Shown piece by piece: positions 20,265-34,260 of a stretch of DNA of 64,000 nt. The DNA is taken from NCBI GenBank assembly GCA_049840735.1, contig JASGJN010000014.1, forward strand, positions 205,946 through 269,945, given 5' to 3'. The notes below the pieces were generated by a model. It saw only the letters and a list, made by a program, of their open reading frames with translations. It made no database searches and was not told where the DNA came from. Made by a program: the position numbers and the translations under genes. The DNA is from Anaeromyxobacter sp. Lineage in GTDB: Bacteria > Myxococcota > Myxococcia > Myxococcales > Anaeromyxobacteraceae. Within the stretch, counting starts at the first letter, position 1. Each line of letters opens with the position of its first letter.

Positions 20265-23069
20265 CTACTCTGCGAGGAGCACGGTCCCGTACTGCGCGGG
20301 GACCGTGATCGTCAGCTGCCCACCGGAGGCGGTCGCGCCGGCCCCACCCAGCGCGTCGGTGAAGGTCACGCCCGCCGCACCGGCCGGGAGGTCGATGGTG
20401 ACGGTCCTGGCCGTGGCCGCGCTGTTGAGCGCGGTGACCGCCCACTGGTCGCCCAGCTGGCGCACGTGCACGAGGACCGACGCGTCGAGGTAGGCCGGCG
20501 CGGCGAAGCTGCCGCGGCGCAGGATGGGGTGGTCGTTGCGCACCTTGACGAGCGCCTTCACCGTCTCGAGCAGCGTCGTGTCCGGGGCGCCGCCCTCGTC
20601 GGCCCAGGGATAGGTGGCGCGGTTGTAGGGATCCGCGCCGCCTGTCACGCCCACCTCGTCGCCGTAGTAGATGGCCGGGGCGCCGGGCATGGTCACCTGG
20701 AACAGCGTCGCGAGGACCATGCGCTTCTTGGCCTCGGCGATGGCCGCGGCGCCGGCGGAGGGACCGGTGTCGCCGAACTGGAACAGGATGCGCGGCACGT
20801 CGTGGCTGGAGATGAGGTTCATGAGCGCGTAGAACGCCTGGGGCGGGTAGTTCTCGCGCATGAGCTCGATGTTCGCGTAGATCTCCTGGAGGTCGCCGCC
20901 GTTCGCGTAGGCGGTGGCCACGTCCTTGAAGATGTAGTTCATGGTGGTGTCGAACTCGTCCCCCAGGAAGAACTTGGAGGAGTCGAACCAGGTCTCGGCG
21001 ATGGCCAGGGACTCCGGATCGTGCCCCTTCGTCACCGTGCGGAACTCGCGCCAGTACTCGTCCGTCACCCACGGCGCCACGTCCATGCGCCAGCCGGCGG
21101 CCCCGCGATCCAGCCACGCCAGCGCGATGGCCCCGTCGTCGTAGAGCGTGTAGTCCTTGAACGACTGCTTGGTGGTGTCGATGCGCGGCATGTCCGGCCC
21201 GCCCCAGTTCAGGTAGGAGCCGTCGTCGTTGAACGTGAACCAGTCGTAGAAGGGCGACTCGGGGTGGATGGTCCCGCCTTGATAGGCGCCGACCACGCCC
21301 TGCGGCATGCTCCACTCACCGTAGCGGTTGAAGTAGAGCGAGTCGCTCCCGGTGTGGTCGAACGAGGCGTCCAGGATGACCCGGATGCCCTGCGCCGCCG
21401 CCTGCTGGGTGAGCTGCGCGAAGAGCGCGTTGTCGCCGAAGTGCGGGTCCACCACCGAGAAGTCGCCGTGGTCGTACTTGTGGTTGCTGACGGCCTGGAA
21501 GATGGGCGTCATGTAGATGGTGTTGGCGCCCAGCGACTTGATGTAGGGGAGCTCGTCGATGACGCCCTGCAGGTCACCGCCGAAGAAGTCGTTGTTGTAG
21601 GTGCTGTCCGAGTGCCCGTCGCCGGGGAGGTACGGGTTCTCGGTCCAGGCCTCGTGGAACTCGACCGGCACGCCCTGGTACAGGTCCGCGTTCTCCCGCG
21701 GATCGTTGGAGGGGTCGCCGTTCCGGAAGCGCTCCGGGAAGATGTAGTAGTAGACCGCGTCCTGCGCCCACGCGGGCACGGTGAAGTCGGGCGCGTAGAC
21801 GGTCAGCCGGTAGCGCCGGATGGCGCTGGGGTTGGCCGGCACGAAGGTGATCTGGCCCAGGCCCGCCGAGCCGCGCTCCGAGGTCCAGTACACCTGGTCG
21901 GCGTTGTTGCCGTAAACGTAGCTGGTGCCGCCGATGGTGAGGCGGAAGTAGTAGCCGTACACGTCCACGTCGGTGAAGGCGTAGGAGGCGCTCCAGGTGT
22001 CCGGGGCGCCGTCCACCCCCGCCGCCTTGCTCAGCTCGACCTGCTGGTAGGCCGCGTAGCTGGTGTTCTGGTTCCCCTCCAAGGTCCGCTTCTCGAGCAC
22101 CAGCGTGGCGCTCTCGACGCCCGCCGGCGCCTCCAGCGCGAAGGTCACGGTCGTCCCGGGCGTGCCGCCGGTGACGGCGCCGAAGGGCGTCTTGTGCTTC
22201 AGCTGGCGGGAGTCGAACCTCACCGCCAGCGCGATGGGATCGGTCGGCTCCTGGACGCCGTGGCCGGCCTCCTGCGGGCCGATGGTCAGGGTCGCGCTCC
22301 CCTCGGCGTCGAAGGCCAGCTTGGCCGTGTGATCACCGGTGAAGGCGAAGGACAGGTTGCCCGCCGAGCTGCCCTGCGCCTCGTCGCTGACGAGCGCGTA
22401 GGGGACCCCGGAGGCGAGGACGTTGGAGGCGCCCGTGGGCGAGCCCCAGGTCGTGGGCGCCGACCAGTTCGCGTCGGCCACCTTGAACCCGAGCGTGCCG
22501 GTGGCGCTGAAGTTCACATAGTAGGCGTCGCAGCTGTAGGCGAACTGATACTCCGGGCTCGCCGCCCAGCCGTTCATCTCGCCCTTCATGTAGACCGGGA
22601 CCGCCAGCGGCGCCGCCGGGCACACCTGGAGGCGCAGCGTCGGGGCGGTGGCGGACGCCCGCGGGTCGAGCACGAAGCGGTACTCGCCGGCGAAGGCGTA
22701 GCTGAGGTTCGCGCCCGCGCCCACCAGCGGGAGGTCGGTGTCGAGCGCCACCGGGCCGGGGCCGCCGAAGTTGGTGCCGGCGCTCCAGTCCGCGTCGGCG
22801 ATCTTGAAGTCGTGGCTCCCGTCGAGCTGGGTCACCAGCTCGTAATGGTTGCACACGTAGGTGAACTTCTGGTCGTCCGGCGCCGCCCAGCTGTTCATGG
22901 TGCCGCGCAGGAAGAGCGCGGTGTCACCGTACGGGCTGGTCACGCAGGCGTCCGGATCGACCGGCTCCTCCGTCTTCTTCTTCGAGCCGTTGCAGGCCAG
23001 TAGCCCGCTCGCGGCGAGCGCGACGCACGCCAGCGCCCACCCGTCCAGCCTTGAAGCCCTGTTGCTCAT
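20265..23069 (-). CDS. Secreted/lipoprotein GH13 alpha-amylase/neopullulanase with two N-terminal starch-binding-like repeats
   Basis: Lipobox LLAC; two xGxMNxW...FKxADAxW repeats; GH13 regions DASFDH, GWRMDVA, IAETW, ISSHD intact. Confidence 0.88.
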   Translation of the reverse strand: MSNRASRLDGWALACVALAASGLLACNGSKKKTEEPVDPDACVTSPYGDTALFLRGTMNSWAAPDDQKFTYVCNHYELVTQLDGSHDFKIADADWSAGTNFGGPGPVALDTDLPLVGAGANLSYAFAGEYRFVLDPRASATAPTLRLQVCPAAPLAVPVYMKGEMNGWAASPEYQFAYSCDAYYVNFSATGTLGFKVADANWSAPTTWGSPTGASNVLASGVPYALVSDEAQGSSAGNLSFAFTGDHTAKLAFDAEGSATLTIGPQEAGHGVQEPTDPIALAVRFDSRQLKHKTPFGAVTGGTPGTTVTFALEAPAGVESATLVLEKRTLEGNQNTSYAAYQQVELSKAAGVDGAPDTWSASYAFTDVDVYGYYFRLTIGGTSYVYGNNADQVYWTSERGSAGLGQITFVPANPSAIRRYRLTVYAPDFTVPAWAQDAVYYYIFPERFRNGDPSNDPRENADLYQGVPVEFHEAWTENPYLPGDGHSDSTYNNDFFGGDLQGVIDELPYIKSLGANTIYMTPIFQAVSNHKYDHGDFSVVDPHFGDNALFAQLTQQAAAQGIRVILDASFDHTGSDSLYFNRYGEWSMPQGVVGAYQGGTIHPESPFYDWFTFNDDGSYLNWGGPDMPRIDTTKQSFKDYTLYDDGAIALAWLDRGAAGWRMDVAPWVTDEYWREFRTVTKGHDPESLAIAETWFDSSKFFLGDEFDTTMNYIFKDVATAYANGGDLQEIYANIELMRENYPPQAFYALMNLISSHDVPRILFQFGDTGPSAGAAAIAEAKKRMVLATLFQVTMPGAPAIYYGDEVGVTGGADPYNRATYPWADEGGAPDTTLLETVKALVKVRNDHPILRRGSFAAPAYLDASVLVHVRQLGDQWAVTALNSAATARTVTIDLPAGAAGVTFTDALGGAGATASGGQLTITVPAQYGTVLLAE

Positions 23070-23412
23070 GTGGTCTCCCGTCTTGAGGCTGCTTGCCTCC
23101 CTGAACCCCAGGGAAACCCCCGCAGCCACATCGTCGCGGGACCGTAACAGGCTTTCGTTTGGTTGCTGTGGTGCGGCCGCTGGCGAGCGTTTTCCATGAG
23201 CGCATACATCGCCCGACATCAAACGGCATGACGAGCGTAATAGCTCTGTATTTCACAGGTATTTTTTGATCCAGCTCGGGACCAGGGCCCGATTCAGGGT
23301 TGAATTTATACCTCTTATGGGTGAACCCGTTAGTTCGAAGAGGGTGTTTCGTTTTGTTGCGTCCGGCGACGGGTCTTCACGTTTGAACTGTCCTGATGCT
23401 CCGACCTGAGCG

Positions 23413-25491
23413 ATGGTGTCCACCAAATCCCCAATGCTCCCTTCCTGGCTGGACTCGGTCCATCACGACGGCTCGCGGCTGTACCTCTCCGACCCATCTC
23501 CGCGGCAGGGGCAGGTGGTCGCGGTCCGGCTGCGCGCCGGCCCGCGCGTGCCCGTCCAGCGCATCCTGCTCCGCACGCGCCAGGACCAGTACCAGCGCCT
23601 CACCGAGCTGCAGGAGGAGCCGTCCGCCGCGCCCGCGCGCTGGTTCTCGGCCCGGCTCCCCGTCGTCCACCGCGTCACGCCCTACCGCTTCGTGCTCGAG
23701 ACCGGGGACGGCGTCTTCTGGTACTCGGCGGGCGGCGCCTTCGGCTTCTCGCCCAGCGACACGCTCGACTTCCGGATCGTGACCGAGAGCGCGCCGCCGC
23801 CGTGGGTCGAGTCGGCCGTGCTGTACTCGGTCTTCCTGGACCGGTTCGCCCGCGGCCCGGCCCTGGACGGCGCGGACGCGCCCCCCGGTCCTCCCCCGGA
23901 GCGCGCGCTCGTCTCCTGGGGCGCGCCGCCGCCCGACGGCGCGGATCCGGCGCAGACGTTCCACGGCGGAGACCTTCCGGGCCTGCAGGCGCGGCTCGAT
24001 CACGTGGCGGCGCTGGGCGCGAACGCCCTCCTGCTCAGCCCGGTCTGCCCCTCCCCGTCCAGCCACCGGTTCGACGCCACCGACCACGAGCAGGTGGACC
24101 CGGCGCTGGGCGGCGATCAGGCGCTGCAGCGGCTCCGGACCGAGCTCACCCGCCGCGCCATGCGCTACGTGCTGACGCTCGAGCTCCGCTACGTGCACGA
24201 GCAGCACCGCTGGTTCCAGGCCGCCCGCGCCAACCGCCGCGCCGCCGAAGCCTCCTACTTCATGTACCGCGCCGCGAGCGGCACCTGGGACGGCTACTTC
24301 GGCCTGGCCTCGCTGCCGCGGCTCGACTTCTCGCGCGCACGCCTGGTGAACCGGCTGGTCTCGGGCCCTTCCTCCGTGCTGCGCCGCTTCATCGCGCCGC
24401 CGTTCGGCGCCGACGGCTGGCGGTTCAGCCTGCCAGAGGTGCCGCCGCGCCGCGGCGGGGCCCTGTCCACCGGCTCGGTGGTGGAGACCATCCGCCGGGC
24501 GGTCCGGAAGACCCGCCGCGACGCGTACATCGTCACCCGCACCTGCCTGGATCGCGGCGGCCACGTGGTCAGCGATCAGTTCGACGTGGTCACCGACTAC
24601 TCGCTGTTCACGGTGCCGTTCTGGGCCTGGCTGGCCGGGTACAGCCGCGCCACGCAGCCGTTCGGGGACGCGGTCCAGGGCCCGCCCATCGCCACCGAGG
24701 CGCTGGTGGCCGCCTGGCAGCAGGGCCGCGGCCCCGTCCCCTGGAGCACCTCGATGCAGCGCTGCGTCGAGCTGGCCAGCCACGACCTGCCGCGCATCCG
24801 CACCATGGTGGCCGGGAACCGCGCCCTGGAGCGGCTGGCCGCCGTGGTGCAGCTCACCTACCCCGGCGTCCCGGTGATCTACTACGGCGACGAGGTCGGG
24901 CTGGAGGACTCGCCCGCGCTCCGCTCGCGCGGCTGCATGCCCTGGGACGAGGCGCGCTGGGACGGCGCGCTGCTGGCCTTCTACCAGCGGCTGGTGGCGC
25001 TGCGCCGGTCGTCGCAGGCGCTGCAGGCCGGCGGGTTCCAGGTGCTGGCCGCCGAGCCGGACACGCTCGCCTACCAGCGCGAGGGCGACACCGAGCGCGT
25101 GATCGTGGTCGCCCACCGCGGGGCGCAGCCGCGCTCGCCGGATCCGCTGCGGGTGGAGCACGGCGGCGTCCCCGACGGCACCCGCTTCGTGGAGCACTTC
25201 TCCGGGCACGAGGCGGTCGTCGCGGGTGGGGCGCTGGAGCTCCCCGCGCTGGAGCAGGGCGCCACGGTCTGGTGCGCCGGTGCCGCCGCCCCCGCCTCGG
25301 ACTGCGCGCCCGACGCGGCCGCCCAGCGCTCCCGGCGCCCCACCCGCCCGCGCGCCCCGCCGTGCCCGGGCTGCGGCCGCCGCTACGGCGTGCGCCCCGA
25401 GCGCCGCTTCCGCGTCCAGGGCGTGGGCGCGGCGGAGCGGTGGATCTGCCTCAACTGCGGCACGGCCTGGCCGCGGGAGACGGGGGGATAG
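23413..25491 (+). CDS. Maltodextrin glucosidase (MalZ)-like GH13 with degenerate active site and C-terminal CxxC...CxxC
   Basis: VHHDGS N-terminus, GGDLPG, SHRFDATD, PVIYYGDEVG, MPWDE; catalytic regions read GWRFSLPE and IVTRT. Confidence 0.8.
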   Translation: MVSTKSPMLPSWLDSVHHDGSRLYLSDPSPRQGQVVAVRLRAGPRVPVQRILLRTRQDQYQRLTELQEEPSAAPARWFSARLPVVHRVTPYRFVLETGDGVFWYSAGGAFGFSPSDTLDFRIVTESAPPPWVESAVLYSVFLDRFARGPALDGADAPPGPPPERALVSWGAPPPDGADPAQTFHGGDLPGLQARLDHVAALGANALLLSPVCPSPSSHRFDATDHEQVDPALGGDQALQRLRTELTRRAMRYVLTLELRYVHEQHRWFQAARANRRAAEASYFMYRAASGTWDGYFGLASLPRLDFSRARLVNRLVSGPSSVLRRFIAPPFGADGWRFSLPEVPPRRGGALSTGSVVETIRRAVRKTRRDAYIVTRTCLDRGGHVVSDQFDVVTDYSLFTVPFWAWLAGYSRATQPFGDAVQGPPIATEALVAAWQQGRGPVPWSTSMQRCVELASHDLPRIRTMVAGNRALERLAAVVQLTYPGVPVIYYGDEVGLEDSPALRSRGCMPWDEARWDGALLAFYQRLVALRRSSQALQAGGFQVLAAEPDTLAYQREGDTERVIVVAHRGAQPRSPDPLRVEHGGVPDGTRFVEHFSGHEAVVAGGALELPALEQGATVWCAGAAAPASDCAPDAAAQRSRRPTRPRAPPCPGCGRRYGVRPERRFRVQGVGAAERWICLNCGTAWPRETGG

Positions 25492-25503
25492 GAGTGGCTC
25501 GGG

Positions 25504-26538
25504 CTACTCGGCCGGCGCGGGCCACCGCTGGATCACGTCCCGGAGGGCCGGCGCGAGCGTCTCCTCTGCGTACGTCTCCGGGGACATGCCCAGGCGCTCC
25601 CCGAAGAAGCGCAGGATGTCCGGCCGCCCGAAGCGGTGCGCCGAGAGGCCGTGATCGTCTCCCGGGTAGGTGACGAGCTTCACCTCGCGGCCCGCTGCCG
25701 CCATGACCTGGGCGACCCGGCGCGCCTGCTCCACCGGTACCCGGTCGTCCGCCTCGCCGTGAAGGAGCAGCAGCGGCACGTCGAGCTCTCCCGCCCAGTA
25801 CACGGCTGACCTGGCGCGGTAGTCCTCCGGGCATTCGCTCGGCTCGCAGCCGATGGTCGCCAGGAACACCGGTAGCATCTCCGGCCTGCGCTCGAGCATG
25901 GCCGCCTGATCAGCCACGCCGCCCACCGTGGCGGCCGCGCGGATCGCGTGGCGCCCGCTGCGCGCCTCCTCGCGCAGCGCCAGATAGGTCATCATGCCGC
26001 CGCGCGAGTAGCCCACCATGGCGACCCTCGCGGCGTCCACGTCCGGCAGCGCCCGGAGCAGCGGCACCAGGCTCAGGACGTCCTCGACGTCCGCCCCGCC
26101 CATCGCCTCCCGCCCCTCGCTCCCCCCATTGCCGCGGTACTGCGAGCCAACCGCGACGTAGCCGGCCTCCACGTACTCGCTCAGCACGCGGGGGTCGAGC
26201 AGCCCGAACTGACGGTTCCCTCCACGGTTGAAGATGACGGCTGGGTGCTGGCCGGCCCCACGCGGCCGTCCCAGGAACCCGTTCACGCGGAGCCCGGAGG
26301 AGCGATAGGTGATCGCGTAGTACTCCGACCGCTCCGTCACGAGGATGGGCCGGAGCGCCAGGATGGCCCCGTCGCGTTCGGCGGCGGCGCCGGCGGCCAC
26401 CTGCAGGGCTGGCGCGCTGGGCCCCTGTGAGCCGGGCCCCTGCGACACCTGCCGGCCACCTGCCGCCGGATGGCAGCCCAGCGCGAGGCAGAGCGTGACG
26501 GCGGCGCTTCGACCGAACGTCAAGGCTCGACGGCTCAT
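25504..26538 (-). CDS. S9-like alpha/beta hydrolase lipoprotein
   Basis: LALGC lipobox, NRGGN, GYSRGG nucleophile elbow, LLHGEADDRV, DDH. Confidence 0.85.
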   Translation of the reverse strand: MSRRALTFGRSAAVTLCLALGCHPAAGGRQVSQGPGSQGPSAPALQVAAGAAAERDGAILALRPILVTERSEYYAITYRSSGLRVNGFLGRPRGAGQHPAVIFNRGGNRQFGLLDPRVLSEYVEAGYVAVGSQYRGNGGSEGREAMGGADVEDVLSLVPLLRALPDVDAARVAMVGYSRGGMMTYLALREEARSGRHAIRAAATVGGVADQAAMLERRPEMLPVFLATIGCEPSECPEDYRARSAVYWAGELDVPLLLLHGEADDRVPVEQARRVAQVMAAAGREVKLVTYPGDDHGLSAHRFGRPDILRFFGERLGMSPETYAEETLAPALRDVIQRWPAPAE

Positions 26539-26640
26539 GGCGTTGCAGTCTAGCGACCTGCGAGTGCGGGTGCCGGATCGGAGTCGCTGCACGTCACCGC
26601 ACCCCGATGCGCTTGCCTTGCATCAAGCGCAGCGCTCCAA

Positions 26641-26805
26641 TCACGGCTCCGCCTCTCGATCGCAGACGCTGTTCCGGGAGTCCCAGGCGCCGCCGCCGTC
26701 CAGGCACCTGTCGACGCGCAGGAAGCGCCAGCCCCAGTAGACCACCGCTGCGGCCACGGCCAGGGCGACGATCACCTTCACGGTCCGGCTCGGTATGCCC
26801 CTCAT
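26641..26805 (-). CDS. 54-aa single-TM small protein (missing from the ORF track)
   Basis: [65 protein letters not shown]3-biased codons. Confidence 0.65.
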   Translation of the reverse strand: MRGIPSRTVKVIVALAVAAAVVYWGWRFLRVDRCLDGGGAWDSRNSVCDREAEP

Positions 26806-26872
26806 CGCGACGACCTCCCCAGCGGAGTCGCGCCAGGACCGGACCTGCTCATGCCCTGGGCGAGGCCTGATC

Positions 26873-27580
26873 CTACTTCGCGGCGGTCGCGACCACCGCC
26901 TGCAGCAACTCCACTCCAGCCGTGAAGACCGGTCCAGCCATGGGGTCTCGCTCCAGGACCTTCATGGGCCCCTCGCCGAAGTAGAGCCCGTCGGAGACCA
27001 GGAACGAGAGCCGCAGCATGCCCCGGCCCGGCGGCGGTCGGCGGGGCTGGTCCCACGGACCGATGCGGGCGACCACGGCCGAGGACGCGTCGAACAGCCG
27101 CTTCACCAGCGGCTGGAAGCGGTCCACGCCTTCGACCACGGTGATCTTCCCGGTCCGGTTGATGTAGCGCACGCTGCCGTCCGAGTAGGCGGCGAGCGTG
27201 TCCAGGCCTTGGTCGAGCCCCACCTCGATGACGACGCCGAGCAGGACCTTGGGCTCGACCTTCACACCGGCCTCGCGGAGCCGGGCGTAGGCCAGGTAGC
27301 GATACCTTCCTTGCTCGGAGGCGTCGCCTGCCAGCTTCGCCAGCGCCGGCTTGTCCGGGGGCTCGGAGAAGAGCGCGACCTGCGTGGGCGTCGGCGCCTG
27401 TCCCTTCCGCGTCCGGAAGTCGTCCCGGGGCTCGCAGAACGCCAGGTTGTACATGAAGTCCGCGGCCGAGTCCGCGTAGGGCGTGTAGAGCGGCTGCGCG
27501 TGATTGGCCAAGGTTGCGCTCGAGGTCGCTCCCGGCGCCGCGCCCATCAGCGCGGCCGCCAGGACGGGAAGGAGGATCAT
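26873..27580 (-). CDS. Hypothetical exported protein
   Basis: Signal-like [15 protein letters not shown]; globular C-terminal part (GVVIEV...[15 protein letters not shown]). Confidence 0.7.
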   Translation of the reverse strand: MILLPVLAAALMGAAPGATSSATLANHAQPLYTPYADSAADFMYNLAFCEPRDDFRTRKGQAPTPTQVALFSEPPDKPALAKLAGDASEQGRYRYLAYARLREAGVKVEPKVLLGVVIEVGLDQGLDTLAAYSDGSVRYINRTGKITVVEGVDRFQPLVKRLFDASSAVVARIGPWDQPRRPPPGRGMLRLSFLVSDGLYFGEGPMKVLERDPMAGPVFTAGVELLQAVVATAAK

Positions 27581-27729
27581 CCCGGCGATCCTCGCACACG
27601 CGCGCGGGCCGGCGAAGCGGTGCGTGCGACGTCGGTGCGCCCGGACGCACGAAGGCCGGCCGCGCGGACGCGACCGGCCTCCTCGCTGCGACCGCCCGTG
27701 GTCCGCACGGGCGGTGGGCATCCCCGCCG

Positions 27730-30163
<2,434 letters not shown>

Positions 30164-30336
30164 GGTTCGACACTCCTGGTGGTTCGGTGGGACCGGGCAC
30201 CCCTGCAGCGGGGGCCCTCGCAGACACTACCATCTAACACCGGGGCGGCCCGTCTTCTTCGGGCGTTGCACCTGACCTGCGGAGGACGGGCGACGCCCCG
30301 CTTGTCCACCCGCTCCGGGGCCGGTAGAACGCCCTG

Positions 30337-32091
30337 GTGGACGAGCTCTCCGAGCTGAGCAGCGCGCTGCGCCAGGCCGAGATTGGCCGGCGCACTTTCG
30401 TTGACACCCCGTTCGGGCGCCGGCTCGTGACCTACGCCGATCTGACGGCTACCGGACGGGCGCTATCGTTCGTGGAAGCGCTGGTAGCCAGGGCTCGCCC
30501 ACTCTACGCGAACACCCACACCGCGATCTCCACCACCGGTCGCGTCACCACCGCGCTGCGCGAGCAGGCGCGCGCCGCCATCGGCCGCGCGGTGAACGCC
30601 TCGGCGGAGGACGTGGTGCTGTTCGTGGGCAGCGGGGCCACCGCCGCGGTGAACAAGCTGGTCGGCCTGCTGGGGCTGCGCATCGCCGAGCCGCTGGAGC
30701 GGCGCTACCGGCTCTCCGGCGCCATCCCGGCGGCCGAGCGGCCGGTGGTGCTGGTCTCGCCCTACGAGCACCACTCGAACGAGCTGCCGTGGCTGGAGTC
30801 GGTGGCCGAGGTGGTGGAGGTCGGGCTGGACGCCCGGGGCGGCATCGACCTCGAGGACCTCGAGGTCAAGGCGCGCGCCCACGCCGGTCGGCCGGTGCGG
30901 GTGGGCGCCTTCTCCGCCGGCTCCAACGTCACCGGCGCGCTCACCGACGTGCAGGCGGTGGCGCGCGTGCTCCACCGCCACGGCTTCATGGCCTGCGCCG
31001 ACTACGCCGCCGCCGGCCCCTACGTGCCCATCGACATGCACCCGGCCGATCCGGCGGCGCGGCTCGACGCGGTGGTGATCTCGACGCACAAGTTCCTGGG
31101 CGGCCCGGAGGGCTCGGGCGTGCTGGTGGCGCACCGCGAGCTCTTCCGCAGCCGCACCCCGGAGCGGCCGGGCGGCGGCACGGTCGAGTACGTGGCGGCC
31201 TTCGACCACCTCTCCGTGGACTACTCCCCGCACCTGGCCGAGCGCGAGGAGGGCGGCACGCCGGACGTGCTGGGCGACGTGCGGGCCGGCTTCGCGTTCC
31301 TGGTGAAGGAGCTGCTCGGCCCGGACCGCCTGCTGGCGCACGAGACGGCGCTGGCGGAGCGGGCCATGGCGCGGCTGCGCGCCCACCCGCGGCTCACGCT
31401 CTACGGCCCGGCCCAGGGGCCGCGCCTGCCCATCCTCTCCTTCAACGTGGAGGGGCTGCACCACGACTTCGTGGCGGCGCTGCTGGACCAGTTGCTGGGC
31501 ATCCAGAACCGCGCCGGCTGCTCCTGCGCCGGCCCCTACGGCCACCGGCTGCTGGGCGTGGGGCCGGAGCGCTCCGCCGAGCTGCGCCAGGCCATCGGGC
31601 GCGGCGTGCTGGCGCTCAAGCCGGGCTGGGTGCGCCTCTCGCTGCCGCACCACGCCACCGAGGCGGAGGTGGACTTCCTGCTCTCCGCCATCGAGCTGGT
31701 GGCGGACCACGGCGAGGCCTTCCTGCCGCTCTACGCGCTGGGCTGGCGCGACGGCATCTGGCGGCCGCTGGCCGGCACGCCGCCCGATCCCGCGCCGGTG
31801 CAGGTGACGCTGGAGGCGGTGCGGGAGGCGCTCTCCGCCCGGCCCCCGGCGGCCGCCGAAGCGGCGCTCCCCGACGCCGAGGCCGACGCGCTCCGGCGCG
31901 GGTACCTGGAGGAGGCGCGCCGGCTGGCGGCGGCGCTGCGCGCGAAGCAGTCCGAGGCGCCGCCGCGCTGGAACCCGCCCACCGGCGATCCCTTCGTGGA
32001 CCGGCTGGTCTGGTTCAGGTACGTGCACGCCGAGGGGGACGTGACGGCGCCGCCGCAGGGGCAGGGTTGCGCGGTGTGCAGCGGGAGCTAG
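30337..32091 (+). CDS. Class V PLP-dependent aminotransferase (cysteine desulfurase-like)
   Basis: [46 protein letters not shown]. Confidence 0.88.
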   Translation: MDELSELSSALRQAEIGRRTFVDTPFGRRLVTYADLTATGRALSFVEALVARARPLYANTHTAISTTGRVTTALREQARAAIGRAVNASAEDVVLFVGSGATAAVNKLVGLLGLRIAEPLERRYRLSGAIPAAERPVVLVSPYEHHSNELPWLESVAEVVEVGLDARGGIDLEDLEVKARAHAGRPVRVGAFSAGSNVTGALTDVQAVARVLHRHGFMACADYAAAGPYVPIDMHPADPAARLDAVVISTHKFLGGPEGSGVLVAHRELFRSRTPERPGGGTVEYVAAFDHLSVDYSPHLAEREEGGTPDVLGDVRAGFAFLVKELLGPDRLLAHETALAERAMARLRAHPRLTLYGPAQGPRLPILSFNVEGLHHDFVAALLDQLLGIQNRAGCSCAGPYGHRLLGVGPERSAELRQAIGRGVLALKPGWVRLSLPHHATEAEVDFLLSAIELVADHGEAFLPLYALGWRDGIWRPLAGTPPDPAPVQVTLEAVREALSARPPAAAEAALPDAEADALRRGYLEEARRLAAALRAKQSEAPPRWNPPTGDPFVDRLVWFRYVHAEGDVTAPPQGQGCAVCSGS

Positions 32092-32110
32092 CCGCCCTCA
32101 GCGCCCGTCC

Positions 32111-32262
32111 GTGGTTCGACTCCGGGCCGGCCCGCCGGTTCGGCCTGCGCGAGCGCCGGCCCTCCGCTCACCACGAACGGGTTCGGCTCGAGGCGAACGG
32201 GCCATGCGGACCCGTTCGCCCTGAGCCCTTCGACAGGCTCAGGGCGGGCGGAGTCGAAGGGC
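32111..32262. repeat. Repeat family A, inverted pair (copies 8 and 9; copy 9 contains a nested short form)
   Basis: 32111-32180 forward (GTGGT...ACCAC); 32212-32262 reverse, containing CCCTTCGACAGGCTCAGGGC. Confidence 0.85.
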
Positions 32263-32302
32263 AGGCGCAGACCGCGGCGTCGATCAGCAAGAGCGACGGG
32301 CG

Positions 32303-33542
<1,240 letters not shown>

Positions 33543-33624
33543 GCTCTCCTCCATGTTCCAGCAGCGAGCCGGAGCGGAGGGTCCCTCCAAGGGTGCCCTC
33601 CCGCGCCGCGCCTCTCCCTGAATT

Positions 33625-34236
33625 CTACTGCGGCTTCTTCTCCGTCGCCTTCTTGTGCACGATCACGTCGTCGATGATCCCGTACTCCTTGGCTTCTCCG
33701 GGACCCATGAAGTTGTCGCGATCGGTGTCCTTCTCGATCCGCTCGATCGGCTGCTTGGTGTGGCGAGCCATGATCTCGTTGAGCTTGGCCTTGAGGCGGA
33801 GCGCCTCCTTGGCCTGGATCTCGATGTCGGATGCCTGCCCCGAATACCCACCCGAGAGCTGGTGGATCATGATCCGGGCGTTGGGCACCGCGAACCGCTT
33901 GCCCGGCGCGCCGCCGGCCAGCAGGAACGCCCCCATGCTCGCCGCCTGCCCGAGGCAGATGGTGGACACCTGGGGCTTCACGTACTGCATGGTGTCGTAG
34001 ATGGCGAGCCCGGAGGTCACCGAACCGCCCGGGCTGTTGATGTAGAGGTTGATGTCCTTGTCCGGGTCCTCGGACTCGAGGAACAGCAGCTGCGCGATGA
34101 TGATGTTGGCCACGTCGTCGTCGATGGGCGTGCCCAGGAAGACGATCCGGTCCTTCAGGAGCCGGGAGTAGATGTCGTAGCTGCGCTCGCCGCGGTGGGT
34201 CTGCTCGACCACGATCGGCATCGGCACGTATGGCAT
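33625..34236 (-). CDS. clpP: Clp protease proteolytic subunit
   Basis: [28 protein letters not shown]. Confidence 0.98.
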   Translation of the reverse strand: MPYVPMPIVVEQTHRGERSYDIYSRLLKDRIVFLGTPIDDDVANIIIAQLLFLESEDPDKDINLYINSPGGSVTSGLAIYDTMQYVKPQVSTICLGQAASMGAFLLAGGAPGKRFAVPNARIMIHQLSGGYSGQASDIEIQAKEALRLKAKLNEIMARHTKQPIERIEKDTDRDNFMGPGEAKEYGIIDDVIVHKKATEKKPQ

Positions 34237-34260
34237 TCCGCGGTCCCTCTCGTCCTGCCG

